The notes beneath the pieces were generated by a model. It worked only from the letters and a program-made list of their open reading frames with translations, had not been told where the DNA came from and ran no database searches. From an uncultured bacterium (GTDB taxonomy: Bacteria > Patescibacteriota > Minisyncoccia > Phycocordibacterales > UBA9973), in assembly GCA_903894565.1 (NCBI GenBank), contig CAITQP010000004.1, positions 9,957 through 73,956 on the forward strand: a stretch of DNA of 64,000 nt, in the 5' to 3' direction. Both the position numbers and the translations under genes were made by a program. Below, piece by piece: positions 30,201-38,851 of the stretch (the stretch's first letter is position 1; each line of letters starts with the position of its first letter).

Positions 30201-30764
30201 GATTGGTGTCTCACAGCGCGGACAATATGCGAGCACGCGCACACCTTCATAGATGAGACCTTTTTTGTTGAGTTCGCCAAGCGACCACCAAACACTTTCG
30301 ATGAAACTATTGTCCATCGTCTTGTATGAACCATCAAAATCTACCCAGCGACCAATGCGCTCGACAGTGCGCTTCCAATCGTGCACATACGTGAGCACTT
30401 TGCTTCGTGCATGTTCGACGAATTTTTCTACGCCGAGTGCTTCGATTTCTTTGTGACCAGAGAGTCCCAAATCTTTTTCAACGATGTTTTCAATCGGCAA
30501 TCCGTGACAATCCCATCCCCAGCGGCGTGGCACGCGAAAACCCTGCATCGTTTGGTAACGACCAATTACATCTTTGGCCGTTGAACCGAGAATATGTCCG
30601 TAGTGCGGAAGTCCGGTCGCGAACGGCGGACCATCGTAGAAAACGTAGTTCCCTTTTGGCGCGTCTTTGGTGAGCGACTTTTCAAACGTCTTGTTGTCGC
30701 GCCAAAATTGCATGATCTTTTCTTCTTTTTCTGCGGCTGGGGATTTTTTGATTTCTTCGGACAT
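27270..30764 (-). CDS. ileS: isoleucyl-tRNA synthetase (type 2) carrying an in-frame ~200-aa histidine-phosphatase (PGAM-family) domain insertion
   Basis: GPPFATGLPHYGHIL (HIGH), GWTTTPWSLP (CP1 editing domain), ISRNRYWASPLPFW, LDLHRPYID, KMSKSKGN. Between PLPFW and LDLHRPYID sit RHGHAEH...TEQGRNEA...VTHG motifs. Confidence 0.85.
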   Translation of the reverse strand: MSEEIKKSPAAEKEEKIMQFWRDNKTFEKSLTKDAPKGNYVFYDGPPFATGLPHYGHILGSTAKDVIGRYQTMQGFRVPRRWGWDCHGLPIENIVEKDLGLSGHKEIEALGVEKFVEHARSKVLTYVHDWKRTVERIGRWVDFDGSYKTMDNSFIESVWWSLGELNKKGLIYEGVRVLAYCPRCETPIAKSEIAMDNSYKDIADISVYVNFPLVEDPNVNLIGWTTTPWSLPGDIVLAVNAEARYVKVKIAGDSSGKSYVLAKDRAEAVLKEKPFEIVEEFSGTALIGKKYTPPFDYYTKGEALLANPKSWTVVAADFVTTTDGTGIAHEAPAFGEDDATLAQKENIPFIVHVTPEGKFAPEVTDFAGMAIKPKSAEKDGHMKADIEIIKYLAAKGLLFKKEKIMHSYPHCYRCETPLFYYALPSWFVNIQKAKARMLETAKDMAWIPEHLKEGRFKNTMESAPDWNISRNRYWASPLPFWKSNEGKFLFVSSVEDLKSKTKKSGNTYLAMRHGHAEHMVAQVMASLENDTYPLTEQGRNEATSRAEELKARKVTKIFASPLVRTQETAQIVADILGIAREDIVTDERLREYDFGEWNGKPFQEFIDYRKNNVKDYTEPLGASSLLETKKRFGDFLYELESKYANETILIVTHGIFFETTAALIQGADNARSLEILFDVFNLKRIQPGEVRELAFVPLPHNASYELDLHRPYIDSIKLVDEAGTLYTRISEVIDCWFESGSMPFAQDHYPFERPNWQTENFPAGFVAEYIAQTRTWFYYTHAVSTILFDAAPFKHVVTTGTLLAEDGQKMSKSKGNYPDPWILFNKYGVDPLRLYLMSSPLMKGEDANFSEKAVQDIASKLIGRLQNVLTFYELYRDMDLEKDIGSFEAKNVLDVWILSRLGELVADVTKGMEAYDMTESTRPFDLFVDDLSTWYLRRSRERIKDGETDAKKTLYVVFTTVAKLLAPFAPFTAEDIWQRLKHGDSASSVHLTEWPTSSEFNLHSIEKMKHLRQVVTLGLEERQRAGIKVRQPLQKFSVFSILDLNLSDDYKKIAQDELNVKEIVFTVGKEIKQELDTVITPVLKLEGEYRELVRGVQDLRKKEGLTPSDVVTLTLSMNAKDIVASFETEMKKTVLTREIVFVDSLENGEAIEVAGATVLARVLK

Positions 30765-30780
30765 ATATTTTGATTGCTAT

Positions 30781-31120
30781 CGTTAATAATTGATCGTAAT
30801 GGGTAAATAAAAAACTCGTCTCCGTACAGCAGAATTCTGCCATACAAGGACGAGCTTTCAATCGCATCGTGGTACCACCTTGCTTCCCCTTTCGGGCTTA
30901 TTTATGAGTCTGTGACGGGACATCCCGCTAGGGTCTATATCCGCATATCAGGCGAATTTCTTCCTAGAAGCTCCGAGGTGATGGCCTCATCAACGCTTGT
31001 AATCACAGATTACCACAGCAACATTGACTAATCAAATAAAGGAGAGTAGTTTTATTTATAAGGAATGTTCTTCTAATTACAAAGCGTCTGTCGGACAGAG
31101 AAATGCCGTGATAATAAGAT
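30781..31120 (-). ncRNA. T-box riboswitch leader upstream of ileS
   Basis: The minus-strand RNA carries AAGCAAGGUGGUACCACG, matching the T-box consensus AANNNGGGUGGNACCGCG. Its UGGU bulge is complementary to an ACCA 3' end. A terminator (cucguc...gacgag UUUUUU) follows. Confidence 0.6.
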
Positions 31121-31159
31121 AAGCCCCGCCTCCCAACTCTATTGGAGGCTTTTTTATTA
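31121..31159 (-). terminator. possible weak terminator hairpin after argS (gcctcc...ggaggc flanked by A/T runs)
   Basis: 6-bp stem with a T-run. Confidence 0.35.
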
Positions 31160-32920
31160 CTACATCTTCTCTGGAGTTTCGATACCAAGCAAAGACAAAC
31201 CATTTTTCATGGTTGTGCGGAACGCTTCGGTGAGTGCGAGTTTGTATGGAGATGTTGAGTCTTCAGCATTTACGATTTGTTCTTTGCCGTAGAATGCATT
31301 GAAGAGCGCTGAGAGTTCGATGAGGTATGTTGCGATCGCACTTGGTGCTAGTTCGGCTCCTGCGCGCGACACAATCTCTGGGAATCGATACAAATATTTT
31401 TCAAGATCAGTCGTCTGCCAACCGTCAGGTACCGTGCCATCAAAATCAGCAATTTCCTTTTTGCCTTTTTCAACGACTGATCCCGCGCGCACAGTTGAGT
31501 ATTCAAGATATGGACCCGTGTCCCCTTCGAGTCGAAGTGCGTCGCTCAAATCAAATGCGATATCTGTCATACGTCCTGCTTTCAAAATACCAAAAGCAAT
31601 AGCTGAGTGCGCGAGCATCTCCCCTGTTGATTCAAGCATTGATGCGTCAATTCGATCGCGCATGAGTGCGATTATTTTTTCTTTGGCTTCATCAATAACA
31701 TCGTCGAGATAGATCACATTGCCCGTACGTGAACTCATTTTGCCCTCACCCTTGATGCTCATGTAACCATATGGAACATGGAGGAATTCTGCGCGTTTGC
31801 CGATACCGAGCTGTTCGCAGATAGCGAAGAGTTGTTGCATCGCGAGTGACTGCTCTGGACCGATGATCCAAATCATTTTGCTAGCGTTATGCTTTTTCTT
31901 CTTCATGTCGGTAAGCGCGAGATCTTGCGTGATGTAGAGCGCAGTGCCGTCTTTTTTTACAACAACAGTGTCGGTAAGCCCCATACTTTCGAGATCTGAA
32001 AGAATCGCTCCGTCCTCGAGCTTTTTGAACACACCTTGAGAGAGACCTGTCTCAACAAATTTCTTGCCTTCTTCGTAGTGCTCGTGTTCATGCCAGACAA
32101 AATCAAATTTCGCACCGAGACGTGCAAGTGTTTTTTTCTGACCTGCGTATGCGTACGACAATACTTTTTCCCAGAGCTTCCAGACAGTCGCATCTTTGTT
32201 TTCCCAGCGCACAACGAGATCACGCACGGCAGTTTCATTTTCAGGATTCTCACATTCAGTTGCGCCTTTGACATACAGTTCGTCGACGAAACGATCAGGG
32301 CGCATACCTGCTTCTTCAGGAGTATTCCATTCACTCTCGTGCTCAGCCCAATATGCGATATCGGTGACACGTGTGCCGTCTTTCTTTGCCGAGACGAGAT
32401 AGCCCCACATGAGTTTGGCGATCGCGATTCCGCGATTGTTGTCTACCATTTCGCGAATAACTTTTGCGCCGTTCGCTTCAAGAATCGCACAGAGCGAAAC
32501 TCCAGTAAGCACATTACGCAAATGACCAAGGTGCATTGCCTTGTTTGGATTCGGTGATGCGTACTCTATCGCCCACACTTGATTCTGGAATTGGTTTGTC
32601 TTTCCGTATGATTCTTTGTGTGCGAGAATATCGACTACTGAATCAGTGAAGAATTTTTTTGAGAGATGAAAATTGATAAATCCTGGACCCGCGATTGTTA
32701 TTGATTCAATTTCGGGAACAACATTTTTTGAAATTTCGGCGACAATTTTTTCGGCGAGGGCGCGAGGGTTTGTTTGCGCGGCTTTGGCGTACGCCAAAGC
32801 CGCGCTCGTTGAATAGTCACCATGAGCAAGTTCAGCAGGATGCTCAAGCACAATACCATCGGGCGTGATGCCAAGATTTGTAAGTGCGTCGCGCAGTAAT
32901 GTCTCGATTTTTTCTTTCAT
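31160..32920 (-). CDS. argS: arginyl-tRNA synthetase
   Basis: HIGH-like motif (NKAMHLGHLRN), C-terminal DALR anticodon-binding domain. ORF track begins at 32974, but MKEKIETLLRDAL (32920) fits ArgRS N-termini and avoids overlap with dut. Confidence 0.85.
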   Translation of the reverse strand: MKEKIETLLRDALTNLGITPDGIVLEHPAELAHGDYSTSAALAYAKAAQTNPRALAEKIVAEISKNVVPEIESITIAGPGFINFHLSKKFFTDSVVDILAHKESYGKTNQFQNQVWAIEYASPNPNKAMHLGHLRNVLTGVSLCAILEANGAKVIREMVDNNRGIAIAKLMWGYLVSAKKDGTRVTDIAYWAEHESEWNTPEEAGMRPDRFVDELYVKGATECENPENETAVRDLVVRWENKDATVWKLWEKVLSYAYAGQKKTLARLGAKFDFVWHEHEHYEEGKKFVETGLSQGVFKKLEDGAILSDLESMGLTDTVVVKKDGTALYITQDLALTDMKKKKHNASKMIWIIGPEQSLAMQQLFAICEQLGIGKRAEFLHVPYGYMSIKGEGKMSSRTGNVIYLDDVIDEAKEKIIALMRDRIDASMLESTGEMLAHSAIAFGILKAGRMTDIAFDLSDALRLEGDTGPYLEYSTVRAGSVVEKGKKEIADFDGTVPDGWQTTDLEKYLYRFPEIVSRAGAELAPSAIATYLIELSALFNAFYGKEQIVNAEDSTSPYKLALTEAFRTTMKNGLSLLGIETPEKM

Positions 32921-32924
32921 AGTG

Positions 32925-33347
32925 TTATTGCTTCCCCGTCGAACCAAACCGTCCGTCTCCACGCTCTGATTCACTCAATCTATCAGTTTCTTCGAGTTCT
33001 GCAATAGCTACGGGGAAAATCACAATCTGACTGACCTTGTCTCCGGTCTCCACGGTATATGGTGCATCACCCAAATTCACAAGATGCGTATTGTATTCTC
33101 CTCGATACCCAGCATCATAGACACCACCCATCGTGTGTAGTCCAGCCTTTGAAATACTGCCTTTGTCTTTGACGATAGCAGCAAATCCTTCTGGGAATTC
33201 GAGCGCGAAACCGTGCCAAAATCGGTGATGTGCACCAGGAGCAATCGTGACCGTCTCCATCGCGTACATGTCGAGACCAACGTCACCTGGCCGAGCGTAG
33301 CTCGGCAATTTTGCATCTTCTTTTAATTTTTTGATTTTGATTTTCAT
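32925..33347 (-). CDS. dut: dUTP diphosphatase
   Basis: dUTPase motifs (ARPGDVGLDMYA, GVYDAGYRGE, RGDGRFGSTG). Confidence 0.85.
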   Translation of the reverse strand: MKIKIKKLKEDAKLPSYARPGDVGLDMYAMETVTIAPGAHHRFWHGFALEFPEGFAAIVKDKGSISKAGLHTMGGVYDAGYRGEYNTHLVNLGDAPYTVETGDKVSQIVIFPVAIAELEETDRLSESERGDGRFGSTGKQ

Positions 33348-33352
33348 AGTAT

Positions 33353-33949
33353 TTAAATCCCAAACTTCTCTCGAAAATGTTCCGCGCCTTGTTCAGCATA
33401 ATCATACACGTAACTTGCCCGCTTATCGAGCGCGTTGATGAATGTCAGCATTTCTCCTTGCCCAAACACTGGCAATTTCAAATTACGCGCGAGTACTTCC
33501 AATTTCTGCTTCGCTTCTGTCGCCTCACTCCCCGTCTTCACAAGCATTTCGGCTTCGTAATAAAAAAGGTCTTCGCCCGGATCGACGAGTTTGAATTCTG
33601 CACCACCGTAGCGAGCGTGAAACGATTCGCGGACACACACGAGCGCTTTCATATATCCGAGCGAAGCAAAGAGCTTCACTGCATTTGTAAATTCACCTTT
33701 CTGAAGTGCGACTTCATGTTCCTCACGTACTACAAAGTCGCTAGATTTCCCAGTCTTCACAACGACAACAGGTACATCGTTTTTTTGTTTTAAACTAATC
33801 GCAATCGTGCGTGATTCATACGGCTCACGTGAATAATCAACGACAATGCGCTTCTCTGTGCGCACGCCGTCCCCTGCCGTCTCAAGCAATTTCTTGATAC
33901 GCACATAATCTTTGCGCGCGAGCGGACCACGGATCAGAACTTCGATCAT
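33353..33949 (-). CDS. hypothetical protein, possibly CYTH-like (CyaB/thiamine triphosphatase fold)
   Basis: Weak similarity pattern only. Confidence 0.3.
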   Translation of the reverse strand: MIEVLIRGPLARKDYVRIKKLLETAGDGVRTEKRIVVDYSREPYESRTIAISLKQKNDVPVVVVKTGKSSDFVVREEHEVALQKGEFTNAVKLFASLGYMKALVCVRESFHARYGGAEFKLVDPGEDLFYYEAEMLVKTGSEATEAKQKLEVLARNLKLPVFGQGEMLTFINALDKRASYVYDYAEQGAEHFREKFGI

Positions 33950-34638
33950 TTCGTGATTTGTTTTTTAACCTGCTCATAAATCTGCTCGTGAATGTCTTCG
34001 CGCGGAAGTATCACGCCCGTTGGTGCACATTCAATCTTCTTCCAATTTTTTTCTCGCTCGACGAGCCACAGCGCACTCTTCTGAGAATTTTTCAAGAATG
34101 TCATATCTGTCTCATGCACATCTTTTTTTGTGCCGAGATATGCGCGTGCATGCTCGATGTTTCTCTCTGCGAGCAATTTCTCCACGATCTTCATCGGCAC
34201 GTTGAGATAGAAAACGAGATTTGGTTTTGGAATCTTGAACACATCGTATTCCATTGTCGCAAGCCATTCCATAAACTCAGCGCGCTTTTTTGGATTCGCA
34301 ATTTTGCCTCCCTGATGAATTTGGTTTGCCGAGACGTAGCGATTCGCAAGTACGACATATCCTGCCTTGAGCCATTTCTCAATCTTTGCCTTTGATTCAA
34401 AACGATCTGCCGCGTAGACGATTGAGGCGATCTTTGGATGGATGTTCACCCAATTGTAATACTGCTCACTGAGACAGTGCCCGAGAAACTCGCCAAAGAA
34501 ATTGTCGTAATACTCAGGAAAATCAACGATTTTGACCGAATACCCTTCCTTCGAAAGACGCTTCTTCAAAAGCTCAATTTGCGTAGCCTTGCCTGAGCCA
34601 TCCGTGCCGTCGATAACGATGAGTTTGCCGTGCTTCAT
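33946..34638 (-). CDS. tmk: thymidylate kinase-like P-loop kinase
   Basis: KLIVIDGTDGSGKATQ P-loop typical of dTMP kinase; start placed at MKHGK. Confidence 0.65.
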   Translation of the reverse strand: MKHGKLIVIDGTDGSGKATQIELLKKRLSKEGYSVKIVDFPEYYDNFFGEFLGHCLSEQYYNWVNIHPKIASIVYAADRFESKAKIEKWLKAGYVVLANRYVSANQIHQGGKIANPKKRAEFMEWLATMEYDVFKIPKPNLVFYLNVPMKIVEKLLAERNIEHARAYLGTKKDVHETDMTFLKNSQKSALWLVEREKNWKKIECAPTGVILPREDIHEQIYEQVKKQITK

Positions 34639-34673
34639 ATATACCCCACTGTAGCAGGAAAAGGCAGGTTTTT

Positions 34674-35291
34674 CTACTTCGCCCATGCAAATGTAAAAAT
34701 GTGCTTACGGTACACAGCAATAACCAGAAGAAGATTGACAATCAATAACGAGCCTTGAAAGAATACGTTCTGCACATTCCAAATTGGAATCGCAGGAAAA
34801 ACAAGGAGCGCACTGAGGAGACCGAATGTATAATTTATGCCAGATTCTGTTTCAGGATATTTCCAAGATTTTACAATAGTAGGGAGTGCTGCTGAAAGAT
34901 CTCCAAGTGCAGAAAGGACCACTGCAACACGTGGCGAATCAACGAATAGCCAAGCAATGAGCGCGGCAAGTGAAAAAATTCCACACAGAAAATCAAACGG
35001 AGTAAGTTTCCAATATCCTTGCGGTCGAATCACCACAACAACGAGAAGAATGAGCGGCATGAATCCTGCAAGGAATACGCGCACAAGACTCCATGGATCA
35101 GCATGCGCTGCAAGAGCAGCCGCTGTGCCGAGCAAGGGAGCGATAGTCCACATGGTCCACGTGACCAAATTAGGCTTTATCTTTCCTTGCCATGTGTCAC
35201 GTGTATAGGTTAAAGCACCTGCAATACTAAGGAACGCACTGGCAACGACAAGCCAATGTGCAAACGAGAGCCCAAAATAAATGTGGTTCAT
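34674..35291 (-). CDS. hypothetical polytopic membrane protein
   Basis: About six hydrophobic helices. Confidence 0.45.
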   Translation of the reverse strand: MNHIYFGLSFAHWLVVASAFLSIAGALTYTRDTWQGKIKPNLVTWTMWTIAPLLGTAAALAAHADPWSLVRVFLAGFMPLILLVVVVIRPQGYWKLTPFDFLCGIFSLAALIAWLFVDSPRVAVVLSALGDLSAALPTIVKSWKYPETESGINYTFGLLSALLVFPAIPIWNVQNVFFQGSLLIVNLLLVIAVYRKHIFTFAWAK

Positions 35292-35560
35292 AGTCTTTTT
35301 TCTGCAATTTTATATGCAACTGATCGATGAGCAATGACAAAAATCAAAACCTCTTTTTGTGTCATGCGAAAAATAACACGATAGTCCCCAACCCGAAGCT
35401 TACGATATGCTTTGAGCGCACGCCTCAGTGAAACCCCGTATACCTCAGGGTGTTCAATCAATTTATTGTCGATAGCTTTTTGAATGAGACGCTTCTCTGA
35501 TGTTCCAAGTTTCGGAATATCATTTGTGACAACTCCAATTTGATACCGAATTATATACAT
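35288..35560 (-). CDS. RelE/ParE-family type II toxin
   Basis: 90 aa with GDYRVIFR...VLIFVIAHR, a RelE/ParE signature; directly downstream of the antitoxin. Confidence 0.8.
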   Translation of the reverse strand: MYIIRYQIGVVTNDIPKLGTSEKRLIQKAIDNKLIEHPEVYGVSLRRALKAYRKLRVGDYRVIFRMTQKEVLIFVIAHRSVAYKIAEKRL

Positions 35561-35563
35561 CCG

Positions 35564-35785
35564 TTACTTCCAGGCTTCTTCATGCGAAATAAATTTCGCG
35601 TTCTTTGTATCACGAGACGATGCAAGCATTTCCCAAACGGAATCTTCTTCCACGAGAAGCGCTGCTTCAATAAGCTCTGCAGCTTTTGTAGCTTCAGGCA
35701 TTTTGTCACGCTTTGCAATTGCAGAAAGCGCCCGATTAAGTTCAGGAGAAAGACTAATATTCAAACGTCGTTTTGTTGTTGCCAT
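35564..35785 (-). CDS. ribbon-helix-helix (CopG/ParD-like) antitoxin
   Basis: 73 aa; RLNISLSPELNRALSAIAKRD is an RHH beta-strand/helix pattern; 4-nt gap to the toxin. Confidence 0.75.
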   Translation of the reverse strand: MATTKRRLNISLSPELNRALSAIAKRDKMPEATKAAELIEAALLVEEDSVWEMLASSRDTKNAKFISHEEAWK

Positions 35786-35821
35786 AGATGATTTAAGTGT
35801 ATCAAAAGTGTATCACCTACG

Positions 35822-36553
35822 TCAAGCGCTCGTAATCCCGAGATACGTGAGTACCTGCTCCATGTGAGTTATTACCGGTACTTCTGTTGAGCAAACTTGA
35901 ATTGATGTTTCCGTTGAAGCTGGGCTATAGTACAAAGCTTGAATATCAAATTTGAGTGCGCCCTCGACGTCACTCAGTAAGTTGTCTCCAATCATAACCG
36001 CTTCTTCTTTATTTGCCTGCATTCGCTCAAGTGCTATCGCAAATATTTCAGGAGAGGGCTTCGCAAATCCAACAGCTCCTGACGCAATAAGAACATCGAC
36101 CATTTTTTCAATGCCGATTTCTTTTAACTTTGCAGTCTGATAATCCTCTTCCCCATTCGTAACTACGCCGATTTTGTATCCATGTTCCCGCAATGTTGTA
36201 AGCGTCTTGATCGTACCGGGCGTTGCTCGTCTGTCACTGTCATACGCCAATTTATACAGAGTTATGAATTTCTGTAATTCCTCATCCGAAAGATTCACTC
36301 CAAGTTTTTTAAAAAACACTGCGACCCGTTTTTCTTTGGCTTCCACATACGTTATTTTTTTCGCAAGATAATCAACAAATGTTTCGTCGAGTGATTCACG
36401 ATGTAAGTCCATCAGTACCGGCATTGGTTGAGTTCCTAAAATAGGAAATTCGGACTCAAGCACACGAAATGCCCGCTCGAGCGAGTAACTATGATCAGAC
36501 AATGTCTCGTCGAGATCAAAAAGGATCGTCGTAATTATATTTTTCGTATCCAT
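35822..36553 (-). CDS. HAD-family hydrolase
   Basis: Motif I ILFDLDETL. Confidence 0.7.
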   Translation of the reverse strand: MDTKNIITTILFDLDETLSDHSYSLERAFRVLESEFPILGTQPMPVLMDLHRESLDETFVDYLAKKITYVEAKEKRVAVFFKKLGVNLSDEELQKFITLYKLAYDSDRRATPGTIKTLTTLREHGYKIGVVTNGEEDYQTAKLKEIGIEKMVDVLIASGAVGFAKPSPEIFAIALERMQANKEEAVMIGDNLLSDVEGALKFDIQALYYSPASTETSIQVCSTEVPVITHMEQVLTYLGITSA

Positions 36554-36554
36554 T

Positions 36555-37139
36555 TTATTTTTCCTTCCATCCAATTTCAATCAAAAATTGTTTCGCAAGT
36601 GCGATCGGCATACCCATGAGCGCATCGAGGTCGCCGTCGAGCTTCACCACTTTTGGTGTTATTTCCGGATCCTTGTAACGGAACCCTCCTGCATATTCCA
36701 TATACGTACCACCACTAATATATGCTTCCACCTCTCCAGTCGTGAATGGACCGAGAATAAATTCACCATCACTCGTACCTTCGCGCGTCTCCCCTGTCAG
36801 AGTGTTCGTAACCGTAATCGCTGAAACAAATCCGCACCGATTCACGCCGTTGTATATTCTAAAAAATTCACGCTCCTCATCTGCCGACGCTGGTTTCTCA
36901 AGCAATCGATCTCCATAAAAAAGCACGACGTCACCCGTAATCAAAAAACAGGGGTCGGTGACTTTCCCGAGCAGTGCATCACGCTTTGCTATAGCGAGCG
37001 CCATCGGTAAGGCTCGATAGTCGTTTGTACGAATTGATTTCTCATCGAAATCCGACACGAGCACGCCCGCGATCGGAATACCCGCCTCTTCGAGCAAAAG
37101 TCTGCGCGTCTTTGATGCTGATCCTAAAATAATATTCAT
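36555..37139 (-). CDS. maf: Maf-like nucleoside triphosphate pyrophosphatase
   Basis: MNIILGSASKTRRLLLEEAGIP; the ORF-track N-terminal extension to 37361 overlaps the upstream gene and is an artefact. Confidence 0.65.
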   Translation of the reverse strand: MNIILGSASKTRRLLLEEAGIPIAGVLVSDFDEKSIRTNDYRALPMALAIAKRDALLGKVTDPCFLITGDVVLFYGDRLLEKPASADEEREFFRIYNGVNRCGFVSAITVTNTLTGETREGTSDGEFILGPFTTGEVEAYISGGTYMEYAGGFRYKDPEITPKVVKLDGDLDALMGMPIALAKQFLIEIGWKEK

Positions 37140-37759
37140 AGTTGTATTTCTTCTCCTTCGCCCACAAATGTAGCTACCTCGTCGTCCACGAAAATCGCTT
37201 GTCCGTCCATGAGGATTCGCACAGGATATTTTGTCGTGCTCTTCATCTGGCGAACACGCTCTTCCATCTCCGGCTGATAATGAGCAAACACAAGAAACGG
37301 CACATAGTTGAGTGCCGTAAAATCCGTCACGCCAAAACGATCTTTGTCGTTTGATTTCCACGTCGCTGTCTCGATACTTGGCGCCATAATATATGAGCCC
37401 GCACTACTGCCAGAATAACAAACACCTCTCACAAGTAGTTCCTGAAGCACAATATCAAAACCACTTTCGCGCACAGCTTTCAAAAGATAGAACGCGTTTC
37501 CCCCTTCGACATGCACGATATTTTTGTCGGCAAAAAATGTACGCATCTCGTCGAGCGACTTGCCTTCGATATCAAATGGCTCAGCAGTGTAACCCGCCAT
37601 GCGCATGCTTTTTTTGTAATGATCAATATATGTTTGATCGGACAACCCTTTTGATGCTGTTGTCACATAGCCGATATGAATCTCATTTTTAGGAATACCA
37701 AAATGCGCGAAGCCTTGCTTCCATGCGTAATCTCCGTCGGAACAAAGCAAGAGTTTCAT
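37136..37759 (-). CDS. peptidase S51 (dipeptidase E-like)
   Basis: VHVEGGNAFYLL, and a catalytic Ser context in CYSGSSAG. Confidence 0.65.
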   Translation of the reverse strand: MKLLLCSDGDYAWKQGFAHFGIPKNEIHIGYVTTASKGLSDQTYIDHYKKSMRMAGYTAEPFDIEGKSLDEMRTFFADKNIVHVEGGNAFYLLKAVRESGFDIVLQELLVRGVCYSGSSAGSYIMAPSIETATWKSNDKDRFGVTDFTALNYVPFLVFAHYQPEMEERVRQMKSTTKYPVRILMDGQAIFVDDEVATFVGEGEEIQL

Positions 37760-38185
37760 TTATTTTTCACAAAACAGTTTTAATCCACTCGCAGGATCGA
37801 TTTTCTTTTCAAGTTTTTCTGGGAGCCAATCAATCGCCGTTTCGCCAGTCGCGGAAATAATGAGTCGATTGATATGTCCTCCAAAACAATTGTGATTGTC
37901 GTCACCAAATACTCCGTGCGCATGCACCCATGGTGCGCCATCTATCCATGCGACATTCCCCGTCACCGTAATTACTTCGATATTGCGTGCCGAGTGAGTC
38001 TTTGACGCGTATGCCTTGGTCTCGATATCATAGTACGCAAGCTCCACGTCTGTGCATCCACCAATCATTGAAAAATGAAACGAAAAACCGCGCTCCTCGG
38101 CCAAGGCTGTCAAAAGAGTGACCGGTTCATCCCCCTTCTCGAATTGCACAATTGATTTATTTTTTGAATCAAAAATAATTTTCAT
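37760..38185 (-). CDS. PPC/DUF296 domain protein
   Basis: H.H..FG....GGHL core (VHAHGVFGDDNHNCFGGHINRLIISATGE). Confidence 0.5.
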   Translation of the reverse strand: MKIIFDSKNKSIVQFEKGDEPVTLLTALAEERGFSFHFSMIGGCTDVELAYYDIETKAYASKTHSARNIEVITVTGNVAWIDGAPWVHAHGVFGDDNHNCFGGHINRLIISATGETAIDWLPEKLEKKIDPASGLKLFCEK

Positions 38186-38210
38186 GTAATCTAGCTATAG
38201 ATATCTAGTT

Positions 38211-38828
38211 TCACCATTTTTTAATTGCAGATACATTTTTAAGTCCAGAGTCTAAATCTGACAACAATGAACTCAATTGAATAAACGCTGTTTTATAGAG
38301 TGGCTCGCTTTGTTCGACGAACGAATTATAGATCGAACCTTCTCCTCGCTTGTATTCCTGGAGTGCCGACACGCCGAGTGACCGAGCCTCCTTTTCTTTC
38401 TCACTTCGTAGAGTTTGTATTTTTTCTGTAATTTCGTTTTTTTGTTTTTGTATCTGAGTACTAACCCCCACCCATGCATCCAATATCGCTTCTTTACGAG
38501 AAGAAGTAACGTCGTTCAGCGGACTTGGTAATGTTACAGAATCCAATTTCCTAAACATGAAATTTACAGTATCCATACTACTTGCTTGACCCATCAATAC
38601 AGCAACATCTAAGTCTCTGTTTTGTATATCATCACCGGATTTTTTTTCAACAGCAAGCCCCGAATATCCATGACCAACTTCACTCAAAGCATGGATGAAA
38701 GCCGGAAAAGTACTCACGGTGCAACCATCATAAGCCAAGACCTCGTTGCTTAATTTCGTTGCTTTGTTTTTTTCGTTCTCTTCATCAGAAACCTGAGGTA
38801 TAGGTCCTAGATTGGGATTAAATACCAT
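38211..38828 (-). CDS. hypothetical protein
   Basis: ORF only. Confidence 0.3.
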   Translation of the reverse strand: MVFNPNLGPIPQVSDEENEKNKATKLSNEVLAYDGCTVSTFPAFIHALSEVGHGYSGLAVEKKSGDDIQNRDLDVAVLMGQASSMDTVNFMFRKLDSVTLPSPLNDVTSSRKEAILDAWVGVSTQIQKQKNEITEKIQTLRSEKEKEARSLGVSALQEYKRGEGSIYNSFVEQSEPLYKTAFIQLSSLLSDLDSGLKNVSAIKKW

Positions 38829-38851
38829 AAGATAAAAAACTAACTTATAAA

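Noticed and set aside
31299-32557. Plus-strand ORFs inside argS (31299..31712, 32036..32557, etc.)
   Set aside because: Antisense to argS with Ser/Arg-rich low-complexity translations.
36555-37361. Extended 268-aa ORF upstream of maf
   Set aside because: The N-terminal 74 codons overlap the S51 peptidase gene in another frame and are Cys/Arg-rich junk; Maf homology begins at MNIILGSASK (37139).
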